Origin: Candidatus Thorarchaeota archaeon
GTDB lineage: Archaea > Asgardarchaeota > Thorarchaeia > Thorarchaeales > Thorarchaeaceae
Reading direction: 5' to 3'
DNA length: 64,000 bases
Assembly (NCBI GenBank): GCA_016840855.1
Contig: JAEORO010000069.1
Span: 1 to 64,000 of the forward strand
Below the pieces are notes generated by a model. That model was not told the origin of the DNA and did no database searches. It saw nothing but the letters and a program-made list of their open reading frames with translations. Below, piece by piece: positions 30,391 to 40,445 of the stretch (positions are counted from its first letter, which is position 1; every line of letters begins with the position of its first letter). A program made the position numbers and the translations under genes.

Positions 30391-30681
30391 TTGACAACAG
30401 TTTTCGTGAAGCTCATGAACAAAGGGTTGAAGCATTCAGAACATGATAAGTTCTCATTTGAAACAGGTGAGGATTCAACTGTTCGTGATTTAATTGATGA
30501 GCTCCATGAAGAGTATGGAGAAAGATTCGAAGTTTATCTGGAAGACAAGGAGAAGCGAATCCTTAGAAGAGACACAGTTGTCATTGTCAATGGTATGAAC
30601 ATGGTTGCGCGAAAAGGAGAGAAAACAAAACTCTCCAAAGGTGATCTGATTGTTTTTATGATTGCAGCTGTTGGTGGCTAA
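30391..30681 (+). CDS. moaD: MoaD/ThiS/SAMP ubiquitin-like sulfur carrier
   Basis: Beta-grasp pattern (VIVNG, LSKGD) and C-terminal AVGG. Confidence 0.88.
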   Translation: MTTVFVKLMNKGLKHSEHDKFSFETGEDSTVRDLIDELHEEYGERFEVYLEDKEKRILRRDTVVIVNGMNMVARKGEKTKLSKGDLIVFMIAAVGG

Positions 30682-30711
30682 AAGAGAGGAGAAGGTGTTT
30701 CCCATCCTCAA

Positions 30712-31908
30712 TTAGTCTTCAGGGAAATAGTCAGATTCGAGAATTTCAGGATTAACAATACCAGCAGATACAGCCATTATTTCAGCAACATCCAAGACCC
30801 TGATATCCAAGTCAGCTTCATACATACCATGTGTCAGATTCATCTCGCAAGCTGGACAGATGGTCGTCATTAACTCAGCATTAGTACCAACAAAATCTCT
30901 GATTCGTTCGTCTGATACCTTCTGAGAGTAATCAGGAAACATGATTTTGCATCCTCCACCACCGCCGCAACAGAATGCATGCTCACGATTTCTTGACATC
31001 TCAATGAATTCCAAACCAGGGATTGATTCGAGAACTTTTCGTGGTGAATCGTAGATATCTCGATAACGTCCTATCTCGCATGGGTCGTGATAGGTGACTT
31101 TCTTCGTAACTGAATTCTTGAATTTCAGCTTCTTTTGTTCAACAATCTCAAGCAATACTTCACTAGTATGACGTACCTTAATTGGTAACTTATCCAAACC
31201 TAGAAGATGAGGATACTCCTCGTCAAATGCTCTAAAGCAACTAGGACAAGGAGTTATGATTTCATTAACTCCACGATCCTGCAATTTCTTCAAGTATGCT
31301 TTTGCATACTTCTTTGCATCTTTCATGATTCCTGTTACCCAATAGGGGGTACCGCAGCATTTCTGATCATCACCTAAGAAATCTAAATCATACCCAGCAG
31401 CTTGAAGCAACCGTACAAGGATGTTTGTTTTCTCCTTGAAACGATGACTAGCTAGGCATCCCGGATAAAACAAAGTCCCTGATCCTTTGTTGAATTCAAG
31501 TCCTGCAGTCCACTTGGTATGTTCCTTGACAGAGTCTGCAAAGATGTTACCTGACGATGTGACTGTTTCAGCCATATTTGTTCCAGCTTCAGGGATTTTT
31601 ATTCCTTGGTTTATGAAGTCCTGCCGCATAGCCTTTGTAATCTCAATTACATCAATTTGAGCTGCTTTCTTACACTCCTCTCTACACCTTCCACACATAA
31701 AGCATCCAAAGATTCTTTCTGCAAGTTCTTCAGAATATTCCAGCTTACCCTCAAGAATTGACCGGGCAATCGCCATTCTACCTCTTGCTGTAGAAGACTC
31801 CCAGCGCTGTGTGAAAATTTCAGGACATCGGTCATTGTAATCGAATCCACGGCAGAACTCACATCTCCCGCAAGCATAGATCATGTCTTTGTATTGCTCA
31901 ATTTTCAT
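30712..31908 (-). CDS. GlcF/HdrD-like Fe-S oxidoreductase with two CCG domains
   Basis: CGRCEFC, CFMCGRC...C, CCG, YHDPC and CCGGGGG. Confidence 0.9.
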   Translation of the reverse strand: MKIEQYKDMIYACGRCEFCRGFDYNDRCPEIFTQRWESSTARGRMAIARSILEGKLEYSEELAERIFGCFMCGRCREECKKAAQIDVIEITKAMRQDFINQGIKIPEAGTNMAETVTSSGNIFADSVKEHTKWTAGLEFNKGSGTLFYPGCLASHRFKEKTNILVRLLQAAGYDLDFLGDDQKCCGTPYWVTGIMKDAKKYAKAYLKKLQDRGVNEIITPCPSCFRAFDEEYPHLLGLDKLPIKVRHTSEVLLEIVEQKKLKFKNSVTKKVTYHDPCEIGRYRDIYDSPRKVLESIPGLEFIEMSRNREHAFCCGGGGGCKIMFPDYSQKVSDERIRDFVGTNAELMTTICPACEMNLTHGMYEADLDIRVLDVAEIMAVSAGIVNPEILESDYFPED

Positions 31909-33290
31909 TGCAGTTCTTCCTCCGGAATGAAAATTCCACGTTGCAAGATATTCTTTGGATCCAATGTCTTCTTTAGTGTCTTAAGAAGCCTGTAGTATCC
32001 TGTGTTTCGCTCAGCGACGAAGCTTCGAAGACCGTCCCGTCCACCAATTCCATAAGGAACAACTGGACCATTGAGAGTTATTTCATCAATCTCATGTGCT
32101 ATCTTCACTAGCTCTTTCCATTCTTCTGGCTCCTTGTAATTAGTCACCATGAAGGCTAACCAATCCCTTGGTAGAATCTGTCCCCCAAAACCCGCTTTCG
32201 TGTATCCTCTTTTCTCTATGAGTTCCTCTTTCCAAATTCTATACAAGAAGGTTATATCATCAATTCGAAGAGATCCTGCTCCAAAGAAGTGCCAGACACC
32301 TGTGTTGAAAAGGTCTGTTAGTCCCGTCAAAATTCTACCAAAATAATCATCAGCTGGAGCGCGATCGCCTATTTCTCCACCAAGCTCATTGATTTTCGCT
32401 ATTATCATCTTCTTCCGATGGTCAACAATTTCCTGCTCGTAACCGAAAATATCCATCATTAAGAAGAGCACTTCAGGTGCTGTTGGAGCAACCCAGAGGT
32501 ATATGCCTTGCATGTACTCATCACCTACATGCTGGTTGATGAAGTGACCAAACTCAATAACATCATCAAGTGTCTTCATTGTGGCGGTTAACCGCTCTGA
32601 GATATCAGTGGTTGGTCGAACTCGCAAGGTTAATTCAGTACAGACTCCAAGAATTCCTTCTGCACCAATGAACATACCAGCGAGATCAGGACCGAGACAT
32701 TGACGCTTGAATTTACCTGCACTTGGCCATGCTGCTGACCCAGTTTCTACTACATCTCCATTTGGCAAGACCATCTCCAAAGAGATGATATCTTGGTTGC
32801 CATGGAAGCCAAACTTAGCTGTGGAATGAGGTCCACCTCCTGCCTTCATGACCGACCCACCAACAGTCATTGCAGGACCTCCAGCTTCACTACAAAGATA
32901 TGTGAGTCCCTGCTTTCTCAACTCTCGGTCTAATTTCGCCCATGTGCAGTTGGGTTGCACTGTTGCTACAAGGTCTCTCGTATTGATTTCAATGACCTTA
33001 TTCAAGCGTCCCATATCAAGCATAATTCCAGGTTCTTGCGGGAGATAGGCATCCCAATGAGAAGTGCCTCCCCCACGTATGTATACCGGAATTTCATGAC
33101 TGTTTGCAATCTTTAGAATGGTTTGAATCTCTTCTCTAGATTCGGGTAGGACAACATGAGTTGGTATTTTCTGCGCTGCAGGGCTAAGGTCACGACTATA
33201 TGGAATCAGGTCGAACTTTTTATCGGTGACTCGATTCGGACCTACAACCTCTTGAAGAAGGCTTGTAACCTTCTTAATATCGACCATCAT
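31905..33290 (-). CDS. FAD-linked oxidase (GlcD/VAO/AGPS family)
   Basis: RGGGTS, EMVLPNG, GPDLAGMFIGAEGILG and LDPKNIL; 4-nt overlap with the Fe-S partner. Confidence 0.9.
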   Translation of the reverse strand: MMVDIKKVTSLLQEVVGPNRVTDKKFDLIPYSRDLSPAAQKIPTHVVLPESREEIQTILKIANSHEIPVYIRGGGTSHWDAYLPQEPGIMLDMGRLNKVIEINTRDLVATVQPNCTWAKLDRELRKQGLTYLCSEAGGPAMTVGGSVMKAGGGPHSTAKFGFHGNQDIISLEMVLPNGDVVETGSAAWPSAGKFKRQCLGPDLAGMFIGAEGILGVCTELTLRVRPTTDISERLTATMKTLDDVIEFGHFINQHVGDEYMQGIYLWVAPTAPEVLFLMMDIFGYEQEIVDHRKKMIIAKINELGGEIGDRAPADDYFGRILTGLTDLFNTGVWHFFGAGSLRIDDITFLYRIWKEELIEKRGYTKAGFGGQILPRDWLAFMVTNYKEPEEWKELVKIAHEIDEITLNGPVVPYGIGGRDGLRSFVAERNTGYYRLLKTLKKTLDPKNILQRGIFIPEEELQ

Positions 33291-33408
33291 GAATCGCTCC
33301 AATGACACCAGAATAGTATAAGATGTCCAGAGTAGTGCCCACCGATTAATTAAAGACTACGGTCTGAACCCGATTTAAGAAGAGATTAGAAAAATTAGAG
33401 GAATAGGA

Positions 33409-34542
33409 ATGAACATGAAACCTAGGGAGAGATTTCATGCTGCTGTTAATCATGAAGAGCCTGATCGAGTACCGATGGACTATTGGACAACTCCACAAGC
33501 ATATGAGAACTTACGGGATTATTTAGCCATAACTGCTCCAGAAACACAAGAATGGGGAATAATGGCTACATGGAAAACATCGGAAGAGCTATTGAAACGT
33601 CTTAATGTTGATTTTAGACGAGTATACATGAAATCCTCAGCTAGTTTTGCACCTCAGCCACTTCCAGATGGGTCTATTGAAATTGAGTTCAAATGCGGTA
33701 TGAAAGTAATAGGAGGTTACAACGAAGTCACCTACTATCCTTGGGCTGATTTTACGGAAGTTGAACAAATCGAGGATTTTGATTGGATTGATCCAGATGA
33801 TCCATCAAGATTGGATGGAGTTAGGGATTGGGCTGAATATCTACATGAGAGAACAGATTATGCAGTTGTAGGAATGGTTGGAGGGCCTTGGGGTGTTTTC
33901 GAGATTGTGGCTCATTATATGCGAGGGTTTGACAAGTTCCTAATCGACCTGCTAAGAAGACCAAACCTAGCGGATGCAATGATGGAGAAGAGCATGAAAC
34001 TTGCCTTAGAGATGAATCGAGTCTTCTTGGATGAAGTTGGAGAGTATTTAGACATCGTGCAAGTTGGGGATGATCTTGGACATCAAGATGGTCTTCTCAT
34101 AAGTCCAAGAGTATACAGAAAAATGGTAAAACACAGACACAAGAGAATCTATAGTGATATTCATAAAAGAGCGCCTCACGTGAAAATTCTGTATCACTCG
34201 TGTGGTGCAATCGAGCCTATGATAGAAGACCTTCTTGAAGTTGATGTTGACATCTTGAATCCGATTCAGCCACTTGCAAAGGGAATGGATTCTGTTGAAC
34301 TCAAGAAGAAATATGGGGATAGGCTAACATTTCATGGAGGGATAGATCTACAACACGCTATGTCAGCTCAAGGTACAGTCAACGATGTGCGAGCAGAGGT
34401 TGATAGACGAATAAAAGCGTTAGCACCTGGAGGCGGCTACATACTCGCGCCTGCACATAACATACAACCAGAATCGACTCCAGAAAAAATCCTTGAGCTC
34501 TATGACTACGCATCTAAGAAAGGTGTGTATCATTTACGTTGA
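33409..34542 (+). CDS. Uroporphyrinogen decarboxylase/MtaA-like (URO-D) family protein
   Basis: PRER...HEEPDRVP, GDDLG, YHSCG, NPIQ, FHGGID and PAHNIQ. Confidence 0.88.
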   Translation: MNMKPRERFHAAVNHEEPDRVPMDYWTTPQAYENLRDYLAITAPETQEWGIMATWKTSEELLKRLNVDFRRVYMKSSASFAPQPLPDGSIEIEFKCGMKVIGGYNEVTYYPWADFTEVEQIEDFDWIDPDDPSRLDGVRDWAEYLHERTDYAVVGMVGGPWGVFEIVAHYMRGFDKFLIDLLRRPNLADAMMEKSMKLALEMNRVFLDEVGEYLDIVQVGDDLGHQDGLLISPRVYRKMVKHRHKRIYSDIHKRAPHVKILYHSCGAIEPMIEDLLEVDVDILNPIQPLAKGMDSVELKKKYGDRLTFHGGIDLQHAMSAQGTVNDVRAEVDRRIKALAPGGGYILAPAHNIQPESTPEKILELYDYASKKGVYHLR

Positions 34543-34548
34543 GTAGAG

Positions 34549-35217
34549 CTAAGGGATTGGTCGCTCTTTGTGAAGGTCATGAGGGTCTTTTCCTTCATCT
34601 AATTTTTCAGACCACCACTTATCAGTCCCCACAACTGCTTCTGCGTGTCTTAAAACATCCTCAATTCGACTAGCTGGAATCACAATAATTCCATCACCAT
34701 CTCCAAATACTAAATCTCCTGGATTCACAGTGACTCCACCGCAGACTATAGGACTTTGGACCGACTCCATATCTAAACGGCCTCTCATTGTACCGGGATG
34801 ACGACCGCGGGCAAAAACTGGGAAATTTAATTTATCAATATCATAGATATCTCGGGAGGTGCCATCAACAACTGCTCCGCGAACACCTCGCTTTAAACCA
34901 ATCTTCGTTAATATCTGCCCCCATGCTGAGCAATCATTTGCGCCAGCCATGTCAATAACAAGAATGTCACCATCTGAGGCTTCGGTCCCCAGACTCATGA
35001 ATACATCAAGTTGATTCTCGTCATATGGTCGATTCGCAGGAGCGCGTTTTAGTTTCCCAGTTCGTGCGAATCCAGCCATTCGGTTATTTTTTGTTAGAGG
35101 TGTAATTCCTCTGTCCATGCATACCTGTCCAAGTCCAACCTCATCTGCAGCATCTGAAAGAGCTGCAACATAGAGTTTCATTGTACGTTTGATAATTAAA
35201 ATTCTATCAGTCGTCAT
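34549..35217 (-). CDS. RraA family / HMG aldolase-like protein
   Basis: LSDA, AWGQ, VVDGTSRD and VNPGDLVFGDGDG. Confidence 0.9.
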   Translation of the reverse strand: MTTDRILIIKRTMKLYVAALSDAADEVGLGQVCMDRGITPLTKNNRMAGFARTGKLKRAPANRPYDENQLDVFMSLGTEASDGDILVIDMAGANDCSAWGQILTKIGLKRGVRGAVVDGTSRDIYDIDKLNFPVFARGRHPGTMRGRLDMESVQSPIVCGGVTVNPGDLVFGDGDGIIVIPASRIEDVLRHAEAVVGTDKWWSEKLDEGKDPHDLHKERPIP

Positions 35218-35222
35218 AGAAG

Positions 35223-35696
35223 TCACTTCCTTTCCCAACGATAAATGCAGAAATCATCGCCACGCATCATGCACTTGGGCAATGACATCGACACATTAGG
35301 ATCAATAGCTTGACCAATTCCCTCGTCTATTTTAGTTACATGCTCGCATATATCCAGACTAGCTCCTCGCGCCTTGAAGGATTCTATCCATGGACAATAC
35401 GTGACCTTCAAATCAAAACGTTTGGCAGTCTGATTTTCTACAGAGAGTTCAAATCCAAAGTAAGGATAGCTTCCATGAAAGAACTCGAAAATGGATTGTA
35501 GGTCACCTTTTCTCAGAGTGCCATTCTTGATTCCAGCATTACCAAGCTCCAAACCATGAAGACGATTGACCTCCCCAATCTCTTTCAATCCTTCATCACC
35601 CATCAGTCGGCGGATCGTTTCAACATAGATTACATGTGTATCTGCAAGAGTGTTCATGTTGGTTTTTCGAACTTCCTCGGCACTTGGATTGGACAT
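35223..35696 (-). CDS. L-2-amino-thiazoline-4-carboxylate hydrolase-like (V4R-related) protein
   Basis: VTYCPW, IC...KIDE and KCMMRGDDFC. Confidence 0.75.
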   Translation of the reverse strand: MSNPSAEEVRKTNMNTLADTHVIYVETIRRLMGDEGLKEIGEVNRLHGLELGNAGIKNGTLRKGDLQSIFEFFHGSYPYFGFELSVENQTAKRFDLKVTYCPWIESFKARGASLDICEHVTKIDEGIGQAIDPNVSMSLPKCMMRGDDFCIYRWERK

Positions 35697-35842
35697 AGTT
35701 AAGCACAAACCTTACTGAGTTGGATGATTAATTACCAGATGTAACTTAAAACTTCTCTGAAGTACATGATGATTTTTCTTAAAGTATGATGGTCCATTAG
35801 ATAGGTTATATAAACTAGGAATATTCTCGCAGCATCAGAAGG

Positions 35843-37012
35843 GTGACACCTATGCTTGCTGAGAGAAATATAGATGTTCCAGCTAGTGAAATCCGTAAAA
35901 TCTTCAACATGATTATTGGAAGAACTGATGTCTTTGACATGACTGTTGGCATACCTGATTTCGACACACCTGAACACATCAAGGAAGCTGCAAAGAAAGC
36001 TATAGACGATGGATTTACTAGGTACACTCACAATGCAGGTTATATAGAGGTTAGAGAAGCACTTGCGCAGAAACTCAAGCGAGACAATAATATCGAAGCA
36101 GATCCAGTTAGTGAAATGGTACTAACCGCTGGAGGTATGGGGGCACTCGTTCTAGCTAATTTGGTGATGATAAATCCTGGTGATGAGGTGATTTATCCTG
36201 ATCCTGGTTTTGTAAGTCATTACGCTCACATAAAGCTAGCAGGAGGTATACCAATCCCCATACAATTGAAGAAGGAAAATAGGTTTGGTCTTTTGTCGGA
36301 GGATGTAGAACACAAAATTACTCCTAAGACGAAAATGATTGTTCTTAACTCACCCAACAATCCAACTGGTGGAGTCACTCCCAATAGTGAATTGAAAAGA
36401 ATTGCTGAACTATGTATTGAGAATGACATCTATGTCATAGCTGACGAAGCATACGAGAAGTTTAGATATGTAGATGAAGAACCACTGTTCATCGGTTCTC
36501 TGCCAGAAATGAAAGAGAGGACAGTTTCGATATTTTCGCTTTCTAAAACATATGCAATGACAGGCTGGCGAATAGCTGTGGCTACAGGATCCAGTGAGAT
36601 TATCGGTGCTATGACCAAACTACAAGAACATGTAATCGCAATGCCGACTTCAATTGCACAAAAAGCTGCAGCAGCAGCGGCTGTTGGCCCTCAAGACTGC
36701 GTGGCTGATATGCTCAAAACATTTCGAAAACGACGAGACCTTATTACTAAGGGATTAAACGATATTGAGGGAGTTGAAATAGCTCCTCCTGGAGGCGCAT
36801 TCTACGCATTCCCAGATGTTTCTGCGTATGGCGTGAAATCATATGATCTTGTTCACAAAATTCTGAATGAAACCAATGTTGTTACAATCCATGGAACAGC
36901 TTTTGGAAAATACGGTGAGGGATTTCTCAGACTTTGCTATGCAGTTTCAACAGAGAGAATTAATGAGGCTCTCAGTAGATTGGATAGCTATTTACCAAAA
37001 TTGCTGCATTAG
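35843..37012 (+). CDS. Class I PLP aminotransferase (AspC-like)
   Basis: GIPDFDTP, NSPNNPTG, DEAY, SLSKTYAMTGWR and GAFY. Confidence 0.95.
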   Translation: MTPMLAERNIDVPASEIRKIFNMIIGRTDVFDMTVGIPDFDTPEHIKEAAKKAIDDGFTRYTHNAGYIEVREALAQKLKRDNNIEADPVSEMVLTAGGMGALVLANLVMINPGDEVIYPDPGFVSHYAHIKLAGGIPIPIQLKKENRFGLLSEDVEHKITPKTKMIVLNSPNNPTGGVTPNSELKRIAELCIENDIYVIADEAYEKFRYVDEEPLFIGSLPEMKERTVSIFSLSKTYAMTGWRIAVATGSSEIIGAMTKLQEHVIAMPTSIAQKAAAAAAVGPQDCVADMLKTFRKRRDLITKGLNDIEGVEIAPPGGAFYAFPDVSAYGVKSYDLVHKILNETNVVTIHGTAFGKYGEGFLRLCYAVSTERINEALSRLDSYLPKLLH

Positions 37013-37061
37013 ATATACCAGATGCGAAAAGTAATGAACAGAAAAATCGGTAGTTTGAGAG

Positions 37062-39374
37062 ATGACGTTCCGTAGTAAGCAACTCAAGCAAAGAATGCTT
37101 GAAGCGGTTCCAACGATATCATCTGAGAGAGCTGTCCTTTTCACAAATTACGTGAAAGAAAATTGGTCCAAACCAGTGATATTACGGAATGCAGGCGCTT
37201 TTGCTCATGTTCTGGATAATATGACTATTAGAATAGAGCCGGATGAACTAATCGTTGGTAATATGGGACCGACACCACGTTCGTGTCAGGTGTTTCCAGA
37301 GTATAGCTGGAAGTGGATTGAAGAAGAACTAGATCGGTTTGATAAACGTAGGACTGAACGCTTCTCAATAAGCGAGAAGGATAAGCAGAATCTCCGGGAA
37401 GTTTTCAAATTCTGGAAAGGTAAGAGTACCGCAGAAATTTCTGGAGAACTAATACCTAATGAATCTAAAGAAGCATCTAGCGTCGGATTATTTACGATTG
37501 GGGCGCCTGGGACGGGAATTGGTCATGTAATTGCAAATTATGAGAACGTTCTGAGGAAGGGATTCCTGAGAATCCTAGATGAGATAGAAGACAAAGAAGG
37601 TGATTACTTCGATGCAGTCCGTACTGAGATAATTGCAGTTCTCAGGTTTGCAGAACGATTCTCTCACCTTGCCTGCGAAATGGCGGAGATTGAAACAGAT
37701 GAACTGAGAAGGCATGAGTTAAGAGAGATATCAAGAATCTGTAATAAGGTCCCAGCTAAACCTGCAGGAACGTTTCATGAAGCTATCCAATCTTTCTGGT
37801 TTATCCATTTATTGATGCAGACTGAATCAAATGGTCATTCAATGTCTACAGGTAGATTTGATCAGTACATGTTTCCATACTATAGAACAGACATTAAGAA
37901 TGAACGGATAGATCGAGAAAGAGCAATTGAATTGCTTGAGCTACTCTGGATTAAGCTGACTTCTCTCATCAAGATTAGAAATGAATACTACAGTATTGCA
38001 TTTGCAGGACATCCAATGTTTCAGAACCTCACGATTGGTGGTCAAAACGCAGATGGCTCTGATGCTACAAATGATCTCACGAAACTAATCCTTGAAGCCA
38101 CTGCAGACATCAGAGTCACTCAACCAAGTGTGTCATTCCGTTGGCATAAGAACACACCTGAGGACATCAAGCTGAAAGTTGTTGATGTAATCTCGAAAGG
38201 TCTGGGAATGCCAGGACTCTTCAATGATGATGCAATCATACCAATGATGATAGAAAAAGGCACGAAACCTCCAGAGGCTCATGAATATTCTGTTCTTGGT
38301 TGTGTTGAGCCAATTATCGGTGGAAAATCTGATCCTAGACAGAACATAGGGTATGTCAACTTACCGAAGATTCTTGAGATTGCCTTGAACAACGGAAGAG
38401 ATCCTAAGTCAGGTAAAGTAATTGGGAGGGAAACAGGTGACCCTCGGGATTTCAAATCGTTCAGTGAACTTTGGCTGGCGTATGAAGAACAGATTGACTA
38501 CACGATAGAATTACTGACACGCGCAGACAGAGTTGCAGCTGCTGTACATGCCCAAAATACACCAACGCCATTCATCTCAGCCTTACTTGAGGGATGCAAT
38601 GAATCTGGCAAAACAATGCAAGAAGGTGGAGCAGTCTATAATTCAGGAGGGATTATGGGAGTTGGAATTGCGATTGCTGCTGACTCACTAGAAGTCCTCC
38701 AGAAATTCGTTTTCGAAAAGAAAGAGATATCGATGAATGAGCTACTTGAGATACTTTCTAGCAATTATGAAGGTCATGAAGAGCTCAGAATAAGATTAGA
38801 GAATGACCCTTCAAAATATGGGAATGATATTGAAAGAGTGGATTTCCTTGCTAGAGATATTGGACGAGCTTTTTGTAATTCAATACAGAGCAGAATGACA
38901 ACAAGGAATGGACCATATCATGGTGCTCTTTTCTCAGTATCGATGTACATTCCGCAAGGAGAGGTTTTAGGTGCCACTCCAGACGGCAGGAAAGCTGGCC
39001 ATATGATCTCAGATGGAGTTTCTCCAACACAGAATAGAGATGTGAATGGACCTACTGCTGCGATGAAATCCGTTTCAAGGCTTGACCATGGATTGTGCTA
39101 TAATGGTACACTCTACAACATGAAATTCACACCAGACTTCTTTGACACTGAATCAAGAAGAAAGAAATTCATCAATATGGTTGACACGTATTTTAGGATG
39201 GGAGGATTCCATGTCCAATTCAATGTAGTTTCTCGAGAAACATTAGAAGATGCAAAAGTCAACCCTCTACAGCATAGAGATCTTATTGTTCGAGTAGCAG
39301 GATATAGCGCGTACTTTATTGAGCTAGATCCGTTTGTTCAAGACGAAGTCATTGCACGAACTGAGTTCTCATAA
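37062..39374 (+). CDS. Glycyl radical enzyme, dehydratase/eliminase class
   Basis: Cys loop GCVEP, Gly loop RVAGYSAYF, GRFDQY and ATPDGRKAG. Confidence 0.95.
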   Translation: MTFRSKQLKQRMLEAVPTISSERAVLFTNYVKENWSKPVILRNAGAFAHVLDNMTIRIEPDELIVGNMGPTPRSCQVFPEYSWKWIEEELDRFDKRRTERFSISEKDKQNLREVFKFWKGKSTAEISGELIPNESKEASSVGLFTIGAPGTGIGHVIANYENVLRKGFLRILDEIEDKEGDYFDAVRTEIIAVLRFAERFSHLACEMAEIETDELRRHELREISRICNKVPAKPAGTFHEAIQSFWFIHLLMQTESNGHSMSTGRFDQYMFPYYRTDIKNERIDRERAIELLELLWIKLTSLIKIRNEYYSIAFAGHPMFQNLTIGGQNADGSDATNDLTKLILEATADIRVTQPSVSFRWHKNTPEDIKLKVVDVISKGLGMPGLFNDDAIIPMMIEKGTKPPEAHEYSVLGCVEPIIGGKSDPRQNIGYVNLPKILEIALNNGRDPKSGKVIGRETGDPRDFKSFSELWLAYEEQIDYTIELLTRADRVAAAVHAQNTPTPFISALLEGCNESGKTMQEGGAVYNSGGIMGVGIAIAADSLEVLQKFVFEKKEISMNELLEILSSNYEGHEELRIRLENDPSKYGNDIERVDFLARDIGRAFCNSIQSRMTTRNGPYHGALFSVSMYIPQGEVLGATPDGRKAGHMISDGVSPTQNRDVNGPTAAMKSVSRLDHGLCYNGTLYNMKFTPDFFDTESRRKKFINMVDTYFRMGGFHVQFNVVSRETLEDAKVNPLQHRDLIVRVAGYSAYFIELDPFVQDEVIARTEFS

Positions 39375-39449
39375 GGAGATACATTACGACAGATTTAACA
39401 TTTCCATGATTGAGTATGTTATTGTTAAACCTCTAGTGTGGTGTGAATA

Positions 39450-40445
39450 ATGGGTTATGATGTAGTTACTTTTGGAGAAGTGATGCTTCGACTCTCTCCT
39501 CCTGACTTCAAAAGGTTCGAACAAACAGAGAGCTTCAACGCTAATGCAGGTGGCGCAGAAATGAATGTCTCTGTAGCTTGCGCGCGATTAGGATTAAATT
39601 CTGCATATGTCACAAAGCTCGGTGACAACTCTATTGGACATTTCATTAGGAATAAAGCTCGAGAACATGGAGTTGACACATCACACATCCTCTGGGATGC
39701 TAGTAATAGGTGTGGGATCTATTTCGTTGAGTTTGGAGCAGCTCCTCGCACAAATCGCGTGATCTATGACCGAAAGGAATCTGCAATTAGTAAGATAAAA
39801 CCTGGCGAGGTAGATTGGAAAAAGATATTGAAAGGAACTAAGCTATTTCATACAAGTGGGATTACGCCTGCGCTTAGCGCGAATTGTGCAGAAGTGACGA
39901 ATGAAGCACTCAAGACATGCAAAGAATTGGGTGTGAAGGTGTCCTATGACGTAAATTACAGAGGAAAACTATGGACATCAAAAGATGCGCAGAAGTTCAC
40001 AGAACCTGCTTCTGAGTTCATTGATATATTAATCACAACTGAAGAAGACACCAAGGTTGTCTATGGGATTGAGGGCAAGGACTATGAAGATGTTGCAGCG
40101 AAACTAATTGATAAGTTCGGATTCGAGGTAGTTGTCATTACTCTAAGAGAAACCCCATCGGTCTGGTTCAACAAATGGTCTGTTTTTGCTTATTCTAATG
40201 GCAAGGTTTACAGAAGTCCAGTCTATGATGTGGAGATTGTAGATAGATTAGGTGGAGGCGACTCTTGCAGTGCTGGATTTATTTATGGATACATTGAGTT
40301 GAAGGACTTACAGAAAGCGGTTGATTTTGGCTCGGCTTTCTCTGCATTGAAACACTCCGTTCCTGGAGATCTAGCATTTGTATACAAGTCAGAGGTTGAA
40401 GAGCTCATCAAAGGGCGTCAGCGAGGATTACGCATTGAGAGGTGA
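39450..40445 (+). CDS. kdgK: 2-keto-3-deoxygluconate kinase (PfkB family)
   Basis: GEVMLRLSPP, GGAEMNV, YDR, SGITPAL, YDVNYR.KLW and DRLGGGD. Confidence 0.9.
   Translation: MGYDVVTFGEVMLRLSPPDFKRFEQTESFNANAGGAEMNVSVACARLGLNSAYVTKLGDNSIGHFIRNKAREHGVDTSHILWDASNRCGIYFVEFGAAPRTNRVIYDRKESAISKIKPGEVDWKKILKGTKLFHTSGITPALSANCAEVTNEALKTCKELGVKVSYDVNYRGKLWTSKDAQKFTEPASEFIDILITTEEDTKVVYGIEGKDYEDVAAKLIDKFGFEVVVITLRETPSVWFNKWSVFAYSNGKVYRSPVYDVEIVDRLGGGDSCSAGFIYGYIELKDLQKAVDFGSAFSALKHSVPGDLAFVYKSEVEELIKGRQRGLRIER

Noticed and set aside
37062-39374. Pyruvate formate-lyase, choline TMA-lyase or hydroxyproline dehydratase call for the GRE
   Set aside because: It has a single Cys (GCVEP, not the CC of PFL) and lacks the CutC and HypD specificity residues as I recall them.
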